A stretch of 64,000 bases of DNA, taken from the human T2T-CHM13v2.0 reference genome, Homo sapiens. Under the pieces are notes generated by a model that saw nothing but the letters and a program-made list of their open reading frames with translations, had not been told where the DNA came from and made no database searches. This document shows positions 56,862-64,000 of the stretch, one piece after another; the first letter of the stretch is position 1, and the number at the start of each line of letters is the position of its first letter. The stretch is taken from NCBI RefSeq assembly GCF_009914755.1, contig NC_060925.1. One strand, given 5' to 3'. The translations under genes were made by a program, and so were the position numbers.

Positions 56862-57198
56862 AAACTCCATTCCCTTCTACTTTGATCTACTGATCAAACC
56901 ACTGATCTACTTTGTCATTATATCTCGGCTTTCTAGAATTTCATACATATGAAATTGTATATAGTCTTTTGGGTATGGTTTCTTTTATTTAGCATAATAC
57001 TTTTGAGATTCATCCGTGTTGCTAGCCTATCAGTAAGTTTGTTCTTTTTTATTGCTGAACAGTATTCCATCTGTATGGATATACAACAATTTCCTTATCC
57101 ATTCCCCCATTTGGTAAGCATTTGGGTCATTTCTAGTTTCGGGCTATTATGAATAAAACTACTATAAATATTCAAGTACAAGTCTTTATGTGAACATA

Positions 57199-58497
57199 TG
57201 AGGGTCTTCAAAAAGTTTGTGAAGTTTGTGGAAAATGAGTATTATAAAAAAACTGCACATGGATTTCACTTTGTTTTGCACTAAGATAAACTCATACTAA
57301 CTTGCTATAACATATCTGGATAGGATCTAGTTTAAGGCACTAAAAAGGATAAGACATTAGTTTGAAAAGAGCCCCTATCAGAGAAACATGAATACTGCTA
57401 AAATTGAAGCAAGAACAAATACCAAATTTATGGTGAAGCTTGGGAGAAAGAATGGTGAAACCACTGATGCTTTATAAAATGTATATGGGGCAATGCCCCA
57501 AATAAACCAGCAGTTTACAAATGGATAACTCATTTTAAAAGGATCCATCACGATGCTGAACATGAAGCCTGCAGCAGCAGACCATCCACATCAATTTGTG
57601 AGGAAAAACATTCATCTTGTTTGTGCTCTAATCGAGGACAGACAATTACAGCAGAAACAACAGACAATATCATAGACATCTCAATTTGTACAGCTTACAC
57701 AATTCTGCTGAGAAATTAAAGTTGAACAAACTTTCCACTTGACAGGTGCCAAAACCACAGCATCCAGATCAGCTAATAAGAGCAGGGCTTTCACTGGAAA
57801 TTTTAAACAAGTAGGATCAAGATCCGGAGGCATTTCACTGAAGAATTGTGACAGGAGATGAAACATTACTTTACCAGTATGATCCTGAAGACAAAGCACA
57901 ATCAAAGCAATGGCTACCAAGAGGTGGCAGTGGTCCAATCAAAGCAAGACCAGACTGATCAAGAGCAAAGGTCATGGCAACAGTTTTTTAGGATATTCAA
58001 GTCATGTTACTTGCTGACTTTCCGGAGGGACAAAGAATGATAACATTTGATTTATTATGTGAGTGTTTTCAGAAAGTTAGCCAAAGCATTAGCAGAAAAA
58101 TGCCCAGGAAAGCTTTACCAGAGTTTTTCTCCACCACACAATGTTCCTGCTCATTCCTCTCATCAAACAAGGGCAATTCTATAAGAGTTTTGATGAGAAA
58201 TCATTAGGCATCCACCTAACAGTCCTGATTTGGCTCCTTCTGACTTCTTTTTGTTCCCTAATCTTTAAAAAAATCTTCAAAAGGCACCAATTTTTCTTCA
58301 GTCAATAATGTAAAGAAGACTGCATTGACATGGTTGAATTCCTAGGACCTTCATTTCTTTAGGGATGTGCTAAGTGGCTTGTATCATTGCTTACAAAAGT
58401 TCTTGAACTTGATGGAGTTTATGTTGAGAAATAAAGTTTATACTTTTAATTTTTATCCTTTAATTCCATTTTTCCATGAGCTTTTGAAATCCCCTTA
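57199..58497 (+). mobile_element. HSMAR2 mariner DNA transposon, full length, transposase dead
   Basis: TA TSDs; TIRs tgagggtcttcaaaaagtt / gagcttttgaaatcccctta; ATG 57388 MNTAKIEARTNTKFMVKLG; VTGDET and SPDLAPSD motifs. Confidence 0.9.
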
Positions 58498-58852
58498 TAC
58501 ACTTCCATTTATCTCAGGTAAATACCTAAGAGTAGGATTGCTGAATCTTTTGCTTAAGTATATGATTAGCTATAAAGGACATTGTTTTCCAATGTAGCTG
58601 CACCATTTTGCATTCATGCCATACATTACATACCAGCAATGTATGAGAGTTCCAGTTACTCCATATACTTGTCAGCATTTGGTACAGTCTTTTTTTTTTC
58701 TTTAACCATTTTAGTGTGTGTGTAATGTAGGTATTTCCTTGAATTTTAATTTGTATTTCTCTAAGGACTAAAGTATACAAAGTATGCAAACAACTGCTGT
58801 TAAGGCAAGAAAACCACTAGGCAGAAGGGTACTTCAGCTTTTGCTTCAATAG

Positions 58853-59150
<298 letters not shown>

Positions 59151-60428
59151 TCAATAGTCTACTTTTAAATAAGGTAACTATGTTATACTCCCCTAAATAC
59201 CACATTCATCACTCCATTATAAGGAACAGGCAAATGACCAAAAAACATGTATCCAAGGAACTTTTCAAAAACAGGCTTCAGAAACTCTCAGAGTCAAATA
59301 TTCACTGTTTATAACTTCCTCCCTACCTAAGGAAGGCAACGTAATGTAGTCCTTAGTTTAGGCTTTGATGCCCAACCTAACTTTGTACTCTAAGATAGGA
59401 AAATGCAAAGTACTACAGAAAGACTTCCACCAAAAACAGGTAAACAATTATTTACTGAGCCTTACACATAATAAGTGACTAAACGTTAATTCAATGACTG
59501 AACCAAGAACAAGTTAATAATAAGCTTCAAGGATAATTTTTATCTATGTAATGCTTTAAAAATCAGAAGCATCCAGAAATTGAGCCACAAATGCCAATAC
59601 ATCTTTTAGGCTTCAGTTACATATAAATCAATTAAGAGAGATGTCATACTACACAAATATAAAAAATGATATGACAATGTACTCATTCATTCAATAAACA
59701 TTTACTGAGCACCAACTTAGGACAAACCACATTATACATCCTAAGGGGGAGAACAATTACACTGAAAACCAAAAATTAATCAGTTGACTATATATGATTA
59801 CAAAAACTATCGCAGAGTAATTTAGCATATAATCACATAATACTACAGCTAATATTTAAATAAGTATGATTTTCTTAGTCTACTAGCTCCATGATAGGCT
59901 AAAAGTGTCCAAGAAGCATGCTGCCTATGTTAGAAAGAAATAAGCCTATAAATAAACCACAAGGTAAAAAAATTCACATAAAAATTATCTGGAATAAATT
60001 ATTATCTATTTCTAATATCAAGCACTAATTGTAAACCATAGTAATTTAGGGTTTGGAAACAGACATTAAAACACTGTTCATATGCTTTCAAGGTTATCCA
60101 TTTCTAAAGCTGAGTTATAAATGGTGTGCATGAAAAAAAACCCACAGTAATCTATTCATTCATATATGTATACCATGAGTGCTATATCACACAGTCATCA
60201 TTTTTTATCAAGAATGACAATTTTAACCTTTAAATAACCACTTATTTGTCAAAAATATTCCACATGTATTAAGATTAAATAATCATGCAAATTGAATCAA
60301 GCAAGTCTAAATAATGCTTACCTAATAAAATTAATGTGGTGATTTCCTAACTTAAGCCATACTTAATGTAATAAAGTTTAAAATTCACATGAAACTCAGA
60401 TATGCAACAAGAAACAAGTATGAGAAGC

Positions 60429-60903
60429 TGTTATGGGCTGAATTATGTCACCCCCCAAAAAATATGCTGAAGTCCTAACCCCCAATACCTCAGAACATAA
60501 CCTCAGTCCCTCATGATGTGACTTTGGGAATAGGGTTGTTGTGTATGTGATTGAGATGAGGTCATACTGGAGTAGGGTGAGCCCCTAATCCAATATGACC
60601 GGTGTCCTTATAAGAAGGCCATGTGAAAACAGACACACACAGGGAGAATGCCACGTGACCACAAAATCAGAGATTGGAATTTTGCAGCTCCAAGTCAAAG
60701 AATGCCAAAGACAGCCAACAAACCACCAGAAGCTAGCAAGAGGCAACAAAGGATTCCCCTGTAGGTTGCAGAAGGAGCATAGCACTGCCAACACCTTGAT
60801 TTTGGATTTCTAGCCTCCAGAACTCTGAGACAATACATTTGTGTGGTTTTAAGCCAATCCAGTTTGTGATACTTTGTTACAGCAGCCATAGGAAACTAAT
60901 ACA
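60429..60903 (+). mobile_element. MLT1C (MaLR) solo LTR
   Basis: tgttatgggctgaatt...ccaccagaagctag...ggaaactaataca. Confidence 0.85.
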
Positions 60904-63458
60904 GCATTTTTACAGTAATATATATGTTTCTCTTGTACATTATATCAATGCATTGATTTTTAAAAATTTTATTTTCTACGGTATCATATAGTAAACTTGA
61001 CTTTTTTGGTGTATAGTTCCATACATTTTAACACATGTATATATTCATATAACCCTCACCATAATAGATTACTGACAGTTAATGTCTTGTTTTTTAATTG
61101 CTATTATTGAAACAAGAGAAATAAAATTGTCTCCCATAGGCATAAATTTCCAGCCTTTTCTATAATATATTTTTAAAATTCCTAAAATAAAGATAACCTC
61201 TAAAATAAAATTCACTCTCTTTAGTTTATCCATCATCTTTAAAATCCAAAGCTCTATCCTTGAGAAAGTCACCTTTAGAAAAATTCATTTAAAGCTTTCA
61301 TTTGAAGAAATTGATAAATCACCATTCATCACACAAAATAGATGGTTAAACACAGAAGATACACCTAAGTTGTAACACTCATACTACTTAATGCTATCAG
61401 TTTATTATATGCACAAATCTGGAGTTTTCCCCATATATTCCAATACCACTCATACTCAAAATTCAGGTCTCTCTCTGTTTTACAACACTGAGAAATCCAT
61501 TCTTAACGTTCAGTCATTCAACAAGCACTTATTGAACATTAAAATGTGTGCATATGTGATGTGTTAGGGTGGAGGGAGAGAACTCATTGATCAGAAAAAA
61601 AAAAGATAATGTGATTTAAAACTTGAAAAATTTCTATGCTAAAAAGCACACCCGCTTAAAGGAATGCAGCTGCCTTCTGTGATGGAATACCTTAAATATC
61701 AATAAAGTTATTTTTCTCCACATGAAATTTTATTATAATTTTATTCATTCTAACTCACATATGCCACAGTTTTTTCAATGTAGATATCTTTTGTTCCCCC
61801 AAACAATATAGATTAAAACAAATTACATATAAAAATCAACAAACTGTAATACTTGTTACTGATAAATTTCATAAAAGTTATACTACAGAAAAATTTCACA
61901 GACCTGTTTATTGATGATATACAAGTGTACACAATTTTAAACTTACTACTTGATGTTTAAGTTATAGATAACTTCCTGAAATGGGCCACTTTTTATATTT
62001 CCATTATTGACTTTGTAATTGTACCTCTTCCACATAAGGTAATACTTAGCATTCTGGTTCTAGTCTTGAAGACTTCAAGAACAAATCATGTACTTATTAA
62101 AAAATGTGTAGACTAAAACTATGGGGTTTTGTTGAAGTCACCTGTCAAAATCTACTTAAAATTTCTGGATAAATACGTACATAACTAAGATGTACCAGGC
62201 GCAGAAGGCCCCTGCATGCCTTTAGCCAATTTTTAAAACTAAATATCCAAGTAAATATAACATTTCTGTGTTTAAGTGAGAAAAACTGTTAATTTTTTTT
62301 CCTTCAATCAATTCAGATTTTCCTGAGAAAAAGCAAAGCTTCTTTAAGTTTTACCAAATACAAAGAAATCAATTTAAAATACAGTGGATAGCAAAAGGGT
62401 CAAAATGTTAAAACCGTTAGTAAATTATAGGTGTCTTATTCTTATGCCATCTGCAGACTCCTGAATAAGTATTTTCCCAAAGTTTATACTACTACTATAT
62501 CCATGGGCTTCTGAAACAAGTTAAAAATGCAGATGCTGAAAACATTCATATGTTTTCAATAGAGTTCATACTCTAACCTTTACAATACTGAGATCAGACT
62601 GTAAGTCTATTGACATAGCTTTAAACTTACAGACATCCCTGAAGAGACTAATTTGCAATTTTCCCCTTTTAAAAGGAATACTACTTCTGATGCAGTACTT
62701 ACATAAAAGAAATGTATCCTTTGAGCATAGCTGGAAAAGTTTTAGTTTTGATTTAAAATCTGAAGTATCCAATTTTTAACCAGAATTCATGACTTCCCAT
62801 TACCAGATTTTGTGTGGAAAGTAATTAGAAATTACAGAATTTAATCTACCTACTCTTTCCACAAGTTTTTGTTTGTTTTTAATTTATTTGCCTTGAAGGC
62901 TTTTTTGTTTGTGCTTTCTTTTTTCATTTAAATTCCCTTTTTCATTAAATTCCCTTATGACTCTTTTTCTTAAAAAGATGTTGTCACAGAAATACCCCAA
63001 CTTTCTGTTCTTCCTAAAGCATCGGCCTTCAGTAACTTCCCAAATCTGAGGTTCTATCGTTTAGAAACAGTAAGGAAATATGTAGAATTCTTAATTAGCA
63101 TCACTTAGTAATTAATTGAGTTTGAAGTGCAGTTATAAACTGAAAAACACGATTACTATCTTGGTATATACGAATCACTTCCTTACTCATCTCTTGGCAA
63201 TACTTTTAGAAAGCCTACTCTCTAGATTAAGTCATTTACTTATAACTTTAAGTTTAGGAGATGGGGGATGAGTCTCTATTAAAGGTGGTTCATACCAAAA
63301 TACAGAACTCAAAAAGATGCAGAACAGGCTATCCTTCTCTCCTATACTTATTAACCTAAATTAAGGTCAGAATAATAAAAATTACACAGCTCGTGGTTCT
63401 CAAGTAGCATAAACTTAAAGTGATAAATTTATTCACCGGTCTTCGTCTTTGAAATCCA

Positions 63459-63537
63459 AAGTCAATCAGAAAACATGTTTGTTTATATGTGTCTTTTCTC
63501 AAGTCAATCAGAAAACATGTTTGTTTATATGTGTCTT
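63459..63537. repeat. Perfect 37-bp direct repeat, period 42
   Basis: aagtcaatcagaaaacatgtttgtttatatgtgtctt at 63459-63495 and 63501-63537. Confidence 0.95.
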
Positions 63538-64000
63538 CTGAAACTACCATAAGAGAGCCTATAACTCCAGAACCACATTAACTTTCATATTATAAAGGGG
63601 AAATATCTGATTTAAACATGATCTAGATTACCCAAAATATCCTATTTCATTTGGAAAGTGACACTTTAGTTACTTTAAAAATAGACACCTCTTTAAAACT
63701 CTTCCTCTCTTTTATTTGTTCCCTCAAGTTTGAAAATTCTTCCTCATCCATCTCTTACTATAAAATGACCACTTAAATTGATCCTTTTCCATTTAAAATA
63801 TTTGAAACAAGAATCTTAAAAGTTAAATAAATGATCGAAACTCAGAAAAATTAAAATTTACAGACTAATAGGAAAATGATTGTATTTATTTTCATGTTTT
63901 CAGTGTTTCAGTATTAAAGCTGTACACCTTAATTACATATTTATTCAAGTCACTCTTTCAAAAATATACACAAATAAAGGACTAACCTCTTTCAAATAAA

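Larger units (their letters stand above)
56270..58770 (-). mobile_element. L1ME-type 3' region (antisense), host of LTR47 and HSMAR2
   Basis: Collinear pieces at 56270-56416, 56862-57198 and 58500-58770. Confidence 0.7.

Noticed and set aside
63356-63550. ORF with repeated DTYKQTCFLID; CRISPR-like repeat
   Set aside because: Only two copies with a 5-nt spacer in a primate intron; a simple tandem duplication.

Overview
Primate, almost certainly human, DNA (it carries an AluYd8-type insertion). It reads as two long introns of a minus-strand gene that I cannot name. I can support only one host exon: a 245-nt non-coding (5'UTR-like) exon at 31739-31983 with canonical splice sites and a 3-codon uORF. 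There are no intact cellular protein-coding ORFs; nearly all ORF-track entries are Alu/L1 read-throughs. Most of the window is interspersed repeat: two full-length but inactivated L1PA elements in direct orientation (L1PA5-like 21902-28059; L1PA3-like 39503-46012), older L1M/L1PB/L1PA16-type fragments, about 33 Alus, L2/MIR, MaLR/ERVL solo LTRs, a full-length HSMAR2 mariner and MER elements, many nested 3-4 deep with readable target-site duplications (TSDs). The most interesting signals are: (1) a ~1 kb processed 3'UTR retrocopy (DHFR-like) whose Alu has a strong A-to-G bias, possibly fossilised ADAR editing; (2) private frameshifts shared by the two different-subfamily L1s, suggesting non-allelic gene conversion; (3) a ~110-bp fold-back inversion at an L1/Alu junction; (4) a short 3' transduction tag on the L1PA3; (5) the L1 antisense promoter pointing at the lone exon, which is also flanked by inverted Alus. 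No prokaryote-style system (CRISPR, operon) is present. Repeat subfamily calls are from recalled consensus features, and boundaries are approximate unless a TSD is quoted.
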